Origin: Atractiella rhizophila
Taxonomy: Eukaryota
Direction: 5' to 3'
NCBI GenBank assembly: GCA_021432655.1
Contig: MU271438.1
Span: 1 to 64,000 of the forward strand
DNA length: 64,000 nt
Shown: positions 50,675 to 61,876 of the stretch, piece after piece
Layout of the letters: every line of letters begins with the position of its first letter
Numbering within the stretch: the stretch's first letter is position 1
Made by a program: the position numbers and the translations under genes
Notes under the pieces: generated by a model
Database searches by the model: none
Seen by the model: only the letters and a program-made list of their open reading frames with translations
What the model was told of the DNA's origin: nothing

Positions 50675-51735
50675 ATGCGCCGTTTCACTTTGTTACGACG
50701 CGTGCCATTGAAAAAATTAACCTCGTCACCTCCTCACAGCTTCCCCAGGCTTCCCACTTTTGGGACAAACAAGACACTGTCCAACCTTCGTCCCTGCCCA
50801 ATCAGAAGAATGCCGAAGTCCAAATCGAAGGCTGGCTTTTATGCTGTCGCGAAAGGACGCAACCCCGGAGTATTCGAGAGTTGGGATGAAGCGAAGGCGC
50901 AGGTGGATGGCTTCACTGGAGCTCGGCACAAGAAATTTTCAACGCGGATTGAAGCGGAGCAATTCATTGCCATCCACAACGGCACGTCAACTATCCTTTC
51001 TGTTCCCTCTGTGGACACCCAACCTTCCACTTCCGCCTCAGTGAAAACCAACCGTCTCCAACCTTATCCTCGATCTAAACCGTCAGTGAAAAAGGTCATA
51101 GAGGCAGTCAAAAACGCGGTTCCTTCTTCAGGACGGCAGGTTTGGTGCGATGGGAGTGCCAGAGGGAACGGACAAGTTGGAAGTAGGGCCGGTATTGGGA
51201 TCTATTGGGATGACGGTGACGAGATTTCCGAGCGGTTGCCTGGCAAGGTCCAGACAAACAATCGTGCTGAGTTATATGTGAGCTTTTAACCCATTCGATT
51301 GCCATTCCCTCACGAAACATGGAATGGAAGGCGATTATCCGCGTTCTCGAATCAGATCCTACACCTGACAAACCGTTAACAATCCTGACGGACTCGAAAT
51401 ACAGCATCCAATGTCTCCAAGATTGGTTTCCGGCCTGGCAGCGGAATGGTTGGCGGACTGCATCAAAGAAACCTGTCGAAAACCTCGATCTCATTCTGCT
51501 TTGCCTGATGCTTCTACGAGGAAGAAAGAAGGCTCCAAAATTTGTACACGTCAGAGGACATGAGGGGATCGAAGGAAACGAGAACGCTGACAAATTGGCT
51601 AATAACGGCGCTGCATTGGAAGAAAAGGCGGAAGAGGTATTGGAAATCCGAGGAAAGACTGTTGAAGGACTGAAGGCGGAATGGGAAAATGGAGATTCTG
51701 GAGTGTCAATTCAGGCAGAGGAAACAGCACTATGA
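50675..51735 (+). CDS. RNH1: Ribonuclease H1 (hybrid-binding domain plus RNase H domain), with two in-frame ATGs (50675, 50810)
   Basis: Hybrid-binding domain FYAVAKGRNPGVFESWDEAKAQVDGF. Catalytic motifs WCDGSARGNG, QTNNRAEL, TDSKYSI, VENLDLI and HVRGHEGIEGNENADKLA. Confidence 0.95.
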
Positions 51736-51902
51736 CCTTGGCGACTTTCGTCTCAGTTCTAGCTTGCCAGTTTGGGCGATAACTTGTTGGGAACAAGGCT
51801 ATTGTAGAATGCATTGATTAACGGCTTTATTTACTTGCAGATTTGAGCAGCGATGACATGCGAGTACGGAATGAGAAGAGAGCACCAAATTAATAATGTT
51901 AG

Positions 51903-53981
51903 TTAGTGATTGCGAGGCCGACAACGCCCAACCTTCCTCCCCCACATGATCCTCTTCACCACTTCATCTATACTCGCCTCTTCAACAGGAAGAATATCCT
52001 TCAGACATTGTTCGACTTTTCCGTGCCACTCCTCACCAGTCGGTGCGGGGTCGCAATACCTAAGAAACCTCGCAAGTAACTCCCTCCCTTTCGAACCCTC
52101 CAGCAAGCTTTTTGCCCGAGGACGCAGCTTCTGTATCTCGACGTATCCGTGCTCTCTGCCTAAGGTCACGAATGCTTCGAACACAATTCCCATCTCGCTG
52201 TTGGGATCAATGGAGCCGAAATTGTCGAGGAGGGCGGGGACCATTCCTTCGGTCCACCGTTCAGTGAGGTTTGCTAGGATCCGATGGACAGAAAAATCGT
52301 CTGTGAACCTCAGATCGACAGGTGCACCCCAGCGAAAGCGATTTCTAACGTGCTGAGCGACGAGCCACGCAGCCACCCAATCCTCTTCGTGAATAAAGAA
52401 CTTGATGGCTAGTTCAGCTATTCCTGCATTCCAAACATCCTTCGATTGGTTCTTCATCCTTGCTTGCCAGGACCGAAACGAATGACTGGAACATCGCACG
52501 CGTAACATTTCTCGCAAAATAGCTCGAGGTTTTGGGACACGAATCTGGAAAGGGGGAGGGAGAGAAAGGACGTTCAAAATTTCAGGCGCTTCAACCTCTG
52601 GTGACCGAGGGATGAAATCAGGTGCTGAAGGACCGATTCCATAGTCTTCGATCATGTTCCGGACTCTGAATCGGGAGGTAAGGACATGCTTGAACGTCTG
52701 ACCGTTGGGGACGAGCTTGTCCTTCAGCATCAACTGAAAGATGGCGAAAGTAGGGGCGTGTCGTTGCAAGAGTGCAGTTGCCGCGATGTAAGACTTAGGC
52801 TCCCTCTCCGGATGAGCAATTTTCCAAGGTGGGCGATAGATCCATGTTAACTCCTGCTCCGCGGATAAGATGCTGTTGATGAGGACCGTCGAAGACAATG
52901 GATCGAAACCATCATCTAGCATGTAGCGAATGATATCGGCTGGTCGAACTTTCCGAACCATGTTTAATTTGAGCGGCCTTTGTCGAGGAAAGCGAGAAAG
53001 AGCGTAGAGCATCTCAACGTAAGGGCGAGCGTACTCATTGTTCGGTTTCGCCCCGCTCGCACCATCCCGTAAATGCCGAGGATGAACTACAAAGCGTAAA
53101 CGGTAGATTACGAACCAGTGATAGGCGAGGTTGAGATCCGGATCCTCACCCTTGACGGAGTTTTTGATCAGGATCGAAAAAAATCGAGGAAGGTATAAAT
53201 GGTCGGTATTTGTGAGTTGGGTATTACTCGGATCGTAACCAATGCGGTCAAGAACTTGGGAAATGCTCTTTCTTCCCCGAGCAGAGGACAAAGTCTGTTT
53301 AAGACGTAAAGGAAAGCTGAGCCCTCTGGTACTCCCCCAATCTCTGAACAGCTTTTCAGCTACCTCCTCCTTCCCCGCCGATGACAGGCTAGTCATGAGA
53401 ACGTAGAGAATGGCCGCGTTGTATCTGTCCGCCGCGATAGCATTGAGCGAGTTGGCAACAAACTTATTGAGGTTATCTTCACTTCGTGACACCTCGGATT
53501 GAGACTGAAGCACGATTCGATCTGACAGCCGTACTGAAACACCGATACCCTGATTGGATAAAGCGACTACGGCCTTGAATGCTTCGTTGCGATGGCGATC
53601 GTCTGGTGCAACAAGAAACTTCCAAATCAGTCGCTCGTAAAGCGTATGGCTAAGCATCTTAGGGCGCGGGATCCAGAACGTAGGGAATCGAACAAGGGAG
53701 CGGAAGATCTTGATCGTCAGGCTCTCTTCGCCTTGGAGCGGTTCGCGAAGGACATTATTGAAAAAGGCATGGATGTATTGGGTGGGTATGGAGAGCTTCA
53801 CTGACGTTTTCGCGTGGGGAATAAGGTATGGATTCCCATGGTCGAGCGCATGCAGAAAGGGGGACGAGATGGTTTTGACAGGCTGAAAACCGAGCTGGAC
53901 TCGAGGTGAAACACAGAGAGGCGTGCGGCGGGAGATAGGCGTGATGGGAGGGGCTCCCCGAAGGAGACGATGTCGAGGCAT
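51903..53981 (-). CDS. Intronless 692-aa protein, probably mitochondrial, with degenerate PPR-like helical repeats
   Basis: Long ORF with an Arg-rich, acid-free N-terminus. PPR-like segments: AAILYVLMTSLSSAGKEEVAEKLF, MLDDGFDPLSSTVLINSIL, IFQLMLKDKLVPNGQTFKHVL. Confidence 0.65.
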   Translation of the reverse strand: MPRHRLLRGAPPITPISRRTPLCVSPRVQLGFQPVKTISSPFLHALDHGNPYLIPHAKTSVKLSIPTQYIHAFFNNVLREPLQGEESLTIKIFRSLVRFPTFWIPRPKMLSHTLYERLIWKFLVAPDDRHRNEAFKAVVALSNQGIGVSVRLSDRIVLQSQSEVSRSEDNLNKFVANSLNAIAADRYNAAILYVLMTSLSSAGKEEVAEKLFRDWGSTRGLSFPLRLKQTLSSARGRKSISQVLDRIGYDPSNTQLTNTDHLYLPRFFSILIKNSVKGEDPDLNLAYHWFVIYRLRFVVHPRHLRDGASGAKPNNEYARPYVEMLYALSRFPRQRPLKLNMVRKVRPADIIRYMLDDGFDPLSSTVLINSILSAEQELTWIYRPPWKIAHPEREPKSYIAATALLQRHAPTFAIFQLMLKDKLVPNGQTFKHVLTSRFRVRNMIEDYGIGPSAPDFIPRSPEVEAPEILNVLSLPPPFQIRVPKPRAILREMLRVRCSSHSFRSWQARMKNQSKDVWNAGIAELAIKFFIHEEDWVAAWLVAQHVRNRFRWGAPVDLRFTDDFSVHRILANLTERWTEGMVPALLDNFGSIDPNSEMGIVFEAFVTLGREHGYVEIQKLRPRAKSLLEGSKGRELLARFLRYCDPAPTGEEWHGKVEQCLKDILPVEEASIDEVVKRIMWGRKVGRCRPRNH

Positions 53982-54696
53982 ACATGAGTGGATGCGCCTT
54001 TATACAATGCTAAAGACGATGTGTAGACAGCGAAGGGAACATAGCCTGCCAAAATAGTGAGCACAGGGTACATTCAGTACATCAAGTCAGCATGGGAGAA
54101 CCAATACGTGTCATAGATGGGAAGTTTTCAGCTCATCCATCAACAAAGAGAGTCTGCTAAGCAGAGCTGAATCCAAACATATGTATGGAGGAAGACTCTG
54201 AACGAAATGAAACAGCAAGTAGGCGTGGAAAGAGAAACATCTTTGTAAATTGCAGAAAGCAGCGCCAGCCTGCAAAGGTAGAATCGATGAAGGATGAAAG
54301 ACAACCTAGACCGGAAGCTAAAACAGAGGGAGAGCTCTCAAAGAATATTGACTTTCTGAAGCAGAAACCACCTCGACCTTGATGAAGCAGAGTGCGCACC
54401 TTGACGAAAATTGATTTATTCTTCCTCTCACACCTCCAAAGACAACCTAATATCTCGTCTTAAAGCTCCTTCTGTTGGTTTTTCTCCTTCTATCCCTCTT
54501 TATGGCCAATCTGGCCGTCCTCACAAAATTTTGGCACTTTTCGAGGGGCTTCGACTGGATACCTTTGGGGCCTGCACAGGTTTGAGTCATTTCTTCCAAC
54601 TCAACTTCTACGCGACAAAGGCGTTGAGCATTAGCGGTTCCATTTCTTGCCTCTTCCTAGACAACATACTTGCATATTCGTCCTCCTGATGCCACC

Positions 54697-57600
54697 ATGT
54701 CCACTATGAGGGCAGATTACAGAAATCCTGTTACGCCGACTCGAAAGCGCAAAGCGGCTGAAGCATTCAATCCCTCGACTTCGTCAGACGCGGACGAGTA
54801 TACCTCCCTTCCGCAATATGGAGCGATCAAGTTTGGGGAGTTTGGAAAGTACATGGATAACAAGAAAGCGAAGCTACGCGTGCAGCTTTCAGATCTGCAA
54901 GCAGAGGTGGATCAAGGGCTGGAAGGTGAGGTCGAAGATGAGTTTCTGGAGTTGTTGAAGGGAACGAGTCAGAGTGAGATTCTGCGAGGGTGCAAGATCT
55001 GGATTGATGGAGCTGTATTTTCTCCTCCCCAGATTGTCTTGAGGAAGATAATCGCGCTCCACGGAGGCGAATACGTCGCATATCTCGATGCAAAAAGGAG
55101 TGTTACGCATATCATCGCTACGACTCTCACTCCAAGTAAAGTCAAGGAATATGCAACCTTCAAGGTGGTGACCAGTGATTGGATTATTGACTCCGTCAGG
55201 GAAGGGAAGAGATTGGACTGAAGGAATTTCAGGCTGAAGAATGGAGGGAGAGGAGTGGACAGGGTATTGGGGTCTGCTATCGGACTGGATACAGAAGGTT
55301 GGGGACGAGAAACGAGTCAACAAACGCTTTCATTCGCTTCAACTTCCGCACCACCCAAAGGAATTCCACCTATGAGCAAGCTACGAATCCACCTTTCTCC
55401 CGATCCAGACTTCCCTGCTCCAAATTCCAGCTCTGACCATATCACCCCTATTCCTTTGCAAAAAGGAACGAATGATGAAGCAAGCACGAGCAACTCCTCA
55501 CCCTCTGACCAGTTCCCACGCCAGTCCAAGCTCCCTCCGAATCGACCACCACCTCGCTTCGCACTCGATGTGGCAGGAGATAGTGATCCTGGTGTCAGTG
55601 CGAGAACACTCGGTGCCATCGAGGAGGAGACTGAAGAAGAAGCGTCGGATATCCCTCCGGCGGCACAGCCAGTTCGAGCTCTCCAAGAAATCGAGCAGTC
55701 CAGCGATACGTCCTTTGTTCTTCCGCCGCATGTCCTAGACCAGGTTCCTTTAACCTCTTCCCCACTGCCTTCTCCCCCCAAGCCTCCTCCTGCACCTCCT
55801 ATCTCACCTATCAAATCCATTTCTCCTCGAAAGCGTGGACAAGTTGGACCTGAGGGGAATAACGACGGATGGGAGCCGCCGCAAAGAGTTGGGAAAGGGA
55901 GAGAAGGGGTATTGTTGGAGAGCGAAGAGTGGCGTAAAACTCACACGTCCGCCAACGCCGGTGGATATGTGGAGCAGTTCTTAAACCAAAGTAGACTCCA
56001 CTTGATCAGCACTTTAAAACTGGAACTCCAAGATTATGTCGCAAAGAAGTTGAAGGAGAAAGAAAGGGACGGTGTGAAGACGAAAGAGAAGGAAAAGGAG
56101 AAGAAGAAGTGGAGGGGGACGGAAGGAGAGGGGAGATGGTTTGCCCATGTGGACTTGGATTGCTTCTTCGTCAGTGCTGTATGTCTCTCTTTCCTCTCTT
56201 GATCCACAATCCTTAAACTATGTATAGGGTTTAACTAAGCGTCCTGAATTGAAAGGAAAGCCCGTCGCAGTTTGTCATGTCAAGGGTCAAGGAAAAGGTG
56301 GGAAAGACGATCCGAGCACGAGTGAAATTGCAAGCTGTAGCTATGAAGCAAGAAAGTTCGGGGTGCGCAACGGGATGTTGTGCGTCATTCCCTAATTTCT
56401 GAGTCTCGATCTCCTAACCACAGTACTTGTAGCCTTGGTCGTGCGCGGGAGCTCTGTCCTGATATCCAAACAATCCCTTACGATTTCGAGTTGTACAAGC
56501 GAATTTCTTACACATTCTATGATCTCCTCCTTGAAAGGAGCGTACCGATCCAAGCTCAATCCCTCGATGAAGCATACATAGACATTTCTACACTTATCGA
56601 CATGGATCCTCGTACACTCTCCCAAACTTCCGCCATCGAGGCACGTCTGCAGGACTTTGGCAACTCTCTACGCCAGAACATATTTGAGGCGACTGGGTGC
56701 ACCGCTTCTCTTGGATTAGGAGAGAACATGCTCCTCAGTCGTCTAGCGACAAAGAAAGCAAAACCGGATGGAGTGTATTGGCTGCGCGTCGGTGCTGGAA
56801 GGGAGGTCTCAGCGTTGGGAGAGAAAGAAATTGAGGGAAAGGAGTGGCTGGATGGTCTGGACGTCAGAGACCTCCCTGGAGTTGGGCGGGAAAGTGAGAA
56901 GAAGTTGGAGGCCATCGGGGTGGAGAAAGTTCGCGATTTGAAGGCTGTGGACAGGCAGAAGCTGGTCGGAAACCTAGGTCAGGCTTTGGCCAGTAAACTG
57001 TTGGATTACGCGAAAGGAGTCGATAACAAGGAACTGGAAGATCCTGGGAAGATGAGAAAGAGCGTCAGCACCGAAATCAACTATGGTATTCGATTCAAGA
57101 CGGAACAGGAAACAAAGGTGTGCTAATTCGCTCTCGTGCATTTCAAACTCCCTTAAATTAAGCTCGTAGACCTTTGTTGAGAATGTTGCTGCCGACACTG
57201 CAAAACGCCTTCAAGACGCGTCACTCAAAGGACGACATCTCACCATCAAAGTAATGGTGCGCGCCCCAGATGCTCCTATAGAGCCAACGAAGTTCATGGG
57301 ACATGGTGTCTGCGATGCGTTCTCAAAGTCAATGCCCATATCGGATGGCAAAGGAGGGCCAACAGACGAAGCCACCGTCCTCGGAGAAGGTGCATGGAAG
57401 ATGTTGAAGGCGTCGTCAGTACCATGGGAAGATCTCAGAGGTTTTAGCATCATGGTCACAAAATTGGAAGGCACAACTGAAGGAAATTCAAGTCAGAAAA
57501 AGCTAGATTTTGGCAGCATGGTCACCAAGCCCGGTGCAGAGAAGAAGGGAAAGGAGAAGGAGAAAGGATTGCGACGGGTTTCAGAGCTGATACCAGCGGA

Positions 57601-58669
57601 CGAAGATTGGAGAAACCTAGACACTGCGGCATCATCATCAAAGGCGACCCTTGTTGGCCCACCACCTGGATGCCAACCCACTCAGCTTGATTTTCCGGAT
57701 AGGGAGATGATTGAAGATGACGATTTTCTCGCCCTACCTTCGGAGTATCAGCGAGCCATAATGTCTAAAGGTGTCACACTTCCACGTTCCAAGAGTCCTT
57801 CTTTCATCGACCTACCTGGTTATGGAAAAATTGCTCAAGACGATTTTGATGCTTTGCCCAAGGACATCCAGAGGGAGTTGAAAAGAACCTACAGAGAGAG
57901 GACTCCTGCAGCTATTCCATCGAAACGAGGACGGTCCGCTACTAATTCGGATGCGGAAGATGATGGGAAAGTGGCCAAGAAGAAGCAGAAGGTCGTGAAG
58001 CTTGAGCCAGGTCAACTCAAGCTCATCGATCAGAGGGTGAAGAAAAACGACAAGCACAAGTATACAAAAGGGATTACGAGGGAAGTTGTCCTGGGAGGGA
58101 CTACGTCAAAGGTCTCCCCTGCGCCGTCCCCCTCGGCCATTACCGACGAAGAGTTACGCGTGCTTGGTCTCGACGCAGATTACTTTCGATGCATACCGCG
58201 AGCCGACCAGATCGATACACTCCGCTATCAAAAAGCAAGTCTCAGACGGGAATGGAAGGTTTTCAAGGAACAGAAGGAGCAACGTAACAAGGCTGCGGCG
58301 AAGGAGAGACGCAAGTTTTTGGATTTTGAGAAACCTGACGGTCCGAAACTGCAAGGGAAGGAAACGATTGAAGAGCTTCGAGACTTGCTGGAGAGCTGGT
58401 TTGATAATGCTAGAGAGAAACCTGCTAGAGATGATGTCAGGGATGTGAGAGAGTTTCTTCTAGCATCCTTAAACCCACAGACAGGAAGAGGAAGAGATTG
58501 GGAGAAAGTCGCGCAAGTGTTGAAGTGGTGGAAGCTCCTTTTAGGCGATGCGAGCAAGGATGAAACAAATGAGGAAAATATCCGCGCTTGGGAGAAGGCG
58601 TATGATAGGACCAAGAGGCACGTTGAATTGGTTAGCAAGGAGGTGTTTGATTGTGTATTGAAGATTTGA
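54697..58669 (+). CDS. REV1: Translesion deoxycytidyl transferase Rev1 (BRCT, Y-family polymerase core, UBM-like repeats, CTD), interrupted by an in-frame TGA at 55219-55221
   Basis: Motifs FGEFGKYMDNKKAKL, BRCT (VTHIIA..VVTSDWIIDSV), N-digit SRLH, HVDLDCFFVS, SEIASCSYEARKFGVRNGM, SLDEAYID, RKSVSTEINYGIRF and KFMGHGVCD. The start is GCCACCATG. Confidence 0.93.
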
Positions 58670-58842
58670 GAATTGTCTGAGTCTTGAGCCTCCTTTTCTG
58701 CCTGAGTGTCGTGTTTGTTTTGTTGTTTACTTTTGATATCCATGTTCTTGTTCTTGTGCCTTTTACATGCATGTGCTCTTGCTCGCGCAGTCGTTAGGTG
58801 TGCAAACTGCTTAAATTATTATAGGACGGATAACATATACTT

Positions 58843-60250
58843 TTAAGTGGAGACAGGTTTCGGCTTTGGAAGCGCCATAATCTCTGGCGGCAGCCCCAAT
58901 GCCTTATCCATCTGCAGGGTTCCAGCGGGAAAGGGAAGTGTTATGACTCCTTCAATAACCTCCTTCTCACCAGTGGCAGGGTTGACGTCTGTGCCCTCCT
59001 TAACTCGCTTCCGCGCAATCGATCTCGTCCGCTTCTTCGCGTCTGTCAGCCTCACATAGTTGTTTGGAGCGCCAGGCACGGATCCTTTGACGTAGATAAT
59101 TTGTTTGGCGATGTCCAGTCGCACAACATAAAGATTTGACATCGTGGCGTTCTTGCCTCCCATTCGTCCAGGCATCTTCTTCCCTGGAAAGACGCGTCCG
59201 GGATCCTACACTCTCACACATTTAGGTGCAAATTGGATGACACGAGAAGAGGAGTCGCACCTGATGTTGTCCAGTTGCTCCTAAACTTCGATGCGCAAGA
59301 GAGGTACCATGTGATGCTGACTGTCCATGGAAGCCCCATCGTTTCATACCACCTTGAAAACCTTTGCCAATTCTTTTATTTGTGGTTAGCGCAACACTTG
59401 TCATAAATTTACAAAGGGAACGCACGTTATGGCTTGACAGTCAACGTACTGCCCTGGGACGAAATGTGAAGCTGAGAGTTCCGTGCCTATGCACATCATT
59501 CCGTCAATTGGACCACACCTGAGGCCTTTACAGCAAACGCACCAATCTCAAGGAGAGCGTCTTTGGTAACTTGAAACTGAGCGACCTTCATCCTAGGTTC
59601 TAAGCCCTCCTTATCATACTGTCCCCTCACTCCTGGCTTCACATTCTTTCGTTTGCGAATGGGTCCAGCAGCTATCTGTACAGCATGGTATTCTTTCCGC
59701 CGTGCGAGATGTGGTGACCGCCGCACGAGCGTGGCGGATGGAGAGGGACCAGATTTGGAGATGGTGGAGAGGACGACATTGGGTTCCACCTGGCACGCAT
59801 AGAAATTTGTGAGCGCGATCCTTCAACCTGGTCAAGAGGGCCAGTAATTTCTCAATACTCAAACAAATCCCTGGCATAATAAATAGATACTGAGGTAATA
59901 TTCAAACTGGCTTCCCTGTGACTTAGGAATTCAACATACAGATGCTACTATCCCGAAAGTGAATGGTAGGATACAAGAAAACGTAGAAAAACGTCCGAAC
60001 AATCTCACCTCCCTCTCTGGCACCCAATAAGCTAAGAAAAACTCACATGCAACACCGTTACGGGTATCTTATTCCCAGCAGCATCCCAGACGGCGGTCAT
60101 TCCCAACTTCTTTACCAAAAGTCCAGTCCGCTGAGAATTTGGGTTCCATCGAGCAAAATCAACCGCCTTTGGCGCCTCTGATGCTGCCGTAGCATAGGAA
60201 CGAGCAAACCGGAGGAAATTAGAGAGGGGACGTGGCTTCAAGGCGTTCAT
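58843..60250 (-). CDS. MRPL9: Mitochondrial large-subunit ribosomal protein uL3m
   Basis: Motifs [49 protein letters not shown] and [17 protein letters not shown]. Confidence 0.95.
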
Positions 60251-61876
60251 GGTTTCTTTTTGTGGTTTCTCCTACACTCCGCTCGGATCTGTGGTCAACA
60301 TGTTATGCTGCGCAACGGGACTAATTAGTCTCAATTCTTCTCTTGACACCCACATAATTCGCAGGGATTAACAGTTATCGCTTGATGCAGAGTTGCCATG
60401 CAGCTAGGAGACTTTTGCTTTTGGGGCAAAACCGTGCGTACCGATGGCCATTCCGAAACTCTGTAATCTTTCGATTAGCTCCTCATGATGCTTCCTCCCA
60501 ACAGGAAGAGACCAAGAGTCTGTGTAATTTGTGTCGGTAATTATTACCGAGCCTCGTCTCAACTTCTGGGGGCGCCCTTTTTTTGGTGACTGCGATTTTT
60601 GATTTCACACTTTTGTTGTCAACCTCGCTCTTCGGATACTTTTCGTTACAGTTTCCCCACCGGCATTGTCAATGAAGAGCAGGAAGGACACAAGCGGGGG
60701 ACTCATCAAGATTCATCTTAGAGATCCCGGTTCATCACGGCCGGTTATTCCAAAGTTATGCGCCGTCCCCCATTGCTTCACGTCTTTTCTTCGTCTTCAG
60801 TTTTTCTCATGCCTGGCTTTGAGCAATTAAGGGCTGACATTTTCATCCTCTGGCTACTTCCGCTTTGCCTGCTCTGCTTCAGTTGGAGCGGGAATTTACG
60901 CACATATGTATTCCGTTGTTTCGTTTGTGGCAAGGAGTTCCCTGCTCACGGGATTCCCGCGAACGCACAAGATAAGGGAAACGTTGCCTAATGTTTCACT
61001 CTTCCAGAGCTCACAGAACAATATCCGAGCCCTGCATGAGGTCCTCCACTTTGCAGGATTCTTTATTTCGGTGTTCAGGACATTCTTTGACAAGTTTAAT
61101 GCCCTCAAATGAGACTCTGTACAATCGGGAACGCGGTTACTACCTCGCGACATCCTCGTGATGGCGGGAGTGTACTTCTCCAGCTTTCTGGACGCAAAGT
61201 TCGCTGAGATTTGCTGCCTTTCATCGGGAGCTCCACAGAGCAGAATTGCTCCAACAGTTTCCGGCTTTTCTGGCCATTTCTCCAAAGCCTGTCCACCTGT
61301 CATCCCACGAACCCTTTCATGCTCTTGCCACCAATTCACTCCACGGAAGAACTTGGCAGATCCTTCAAATTCGCCATCGATGACAGACAAGATTGAGAGC
61401 GTTGGCACTCATTCCGCAGCCTTCATTTTTGGCCATGCCTTGTGTTTGCGCAAATAAATGAATTTGAGAGCAAAGCCTTATTTCCGGGACGGCCATAACC
61501 AATTTTTCAAAGGCAACGCGTCGTCATAAAAGGACAGAGGGGAGCAAAGCGCGATTCGACTCACGCCTCACCTGCTCCGCCACAGCTTTATCTTTTCTCA
61601 ATTCGCTTTATCGCAGTTGGAGAAGTTTGTAAAGCCACAGGACTGGTCGCTAAGATCGGCAGGAGTCGCGATTGGTCCCCTCGTGCACACGTGAGATCAT
61701 CAACCTTGCACTTAACATCGAGGCTCAGCAAGGCGACGATTCCGAGCGACTTCATAAAGCAGGATCCGCGCTTCCGTCAGCTTGCCTCCAAATACCACGG
61801 AACACGACATTCAACTTTTGTTCCCTCTCCTCATTTTTCTTTCTTTCGCGCCCTTTGGTCGTTTCGCTTCGCAAGA

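Noticed and set aside
50810..51735. RNase H as part of a retrotransposon
   Set aside because: It has an N-terminal hybrid-binding domain and an intron, with no RT, integrase or LTRs nearby, so it is cellular RNase H1.
3490..58743. Numerous long antisense ORFs overlapping real genes
   Set aside because: They are shadows of coding exons on the opposite strand with low-complexity S/F/L-rich translations.
60896..61408. 170-codon minus-strand ORF as a confident gene
   Set aside because: GTG start with an in-frame stop just upstream, no recognisable domain and no splice support. Kept only as weak support in the TGA hypothesis.
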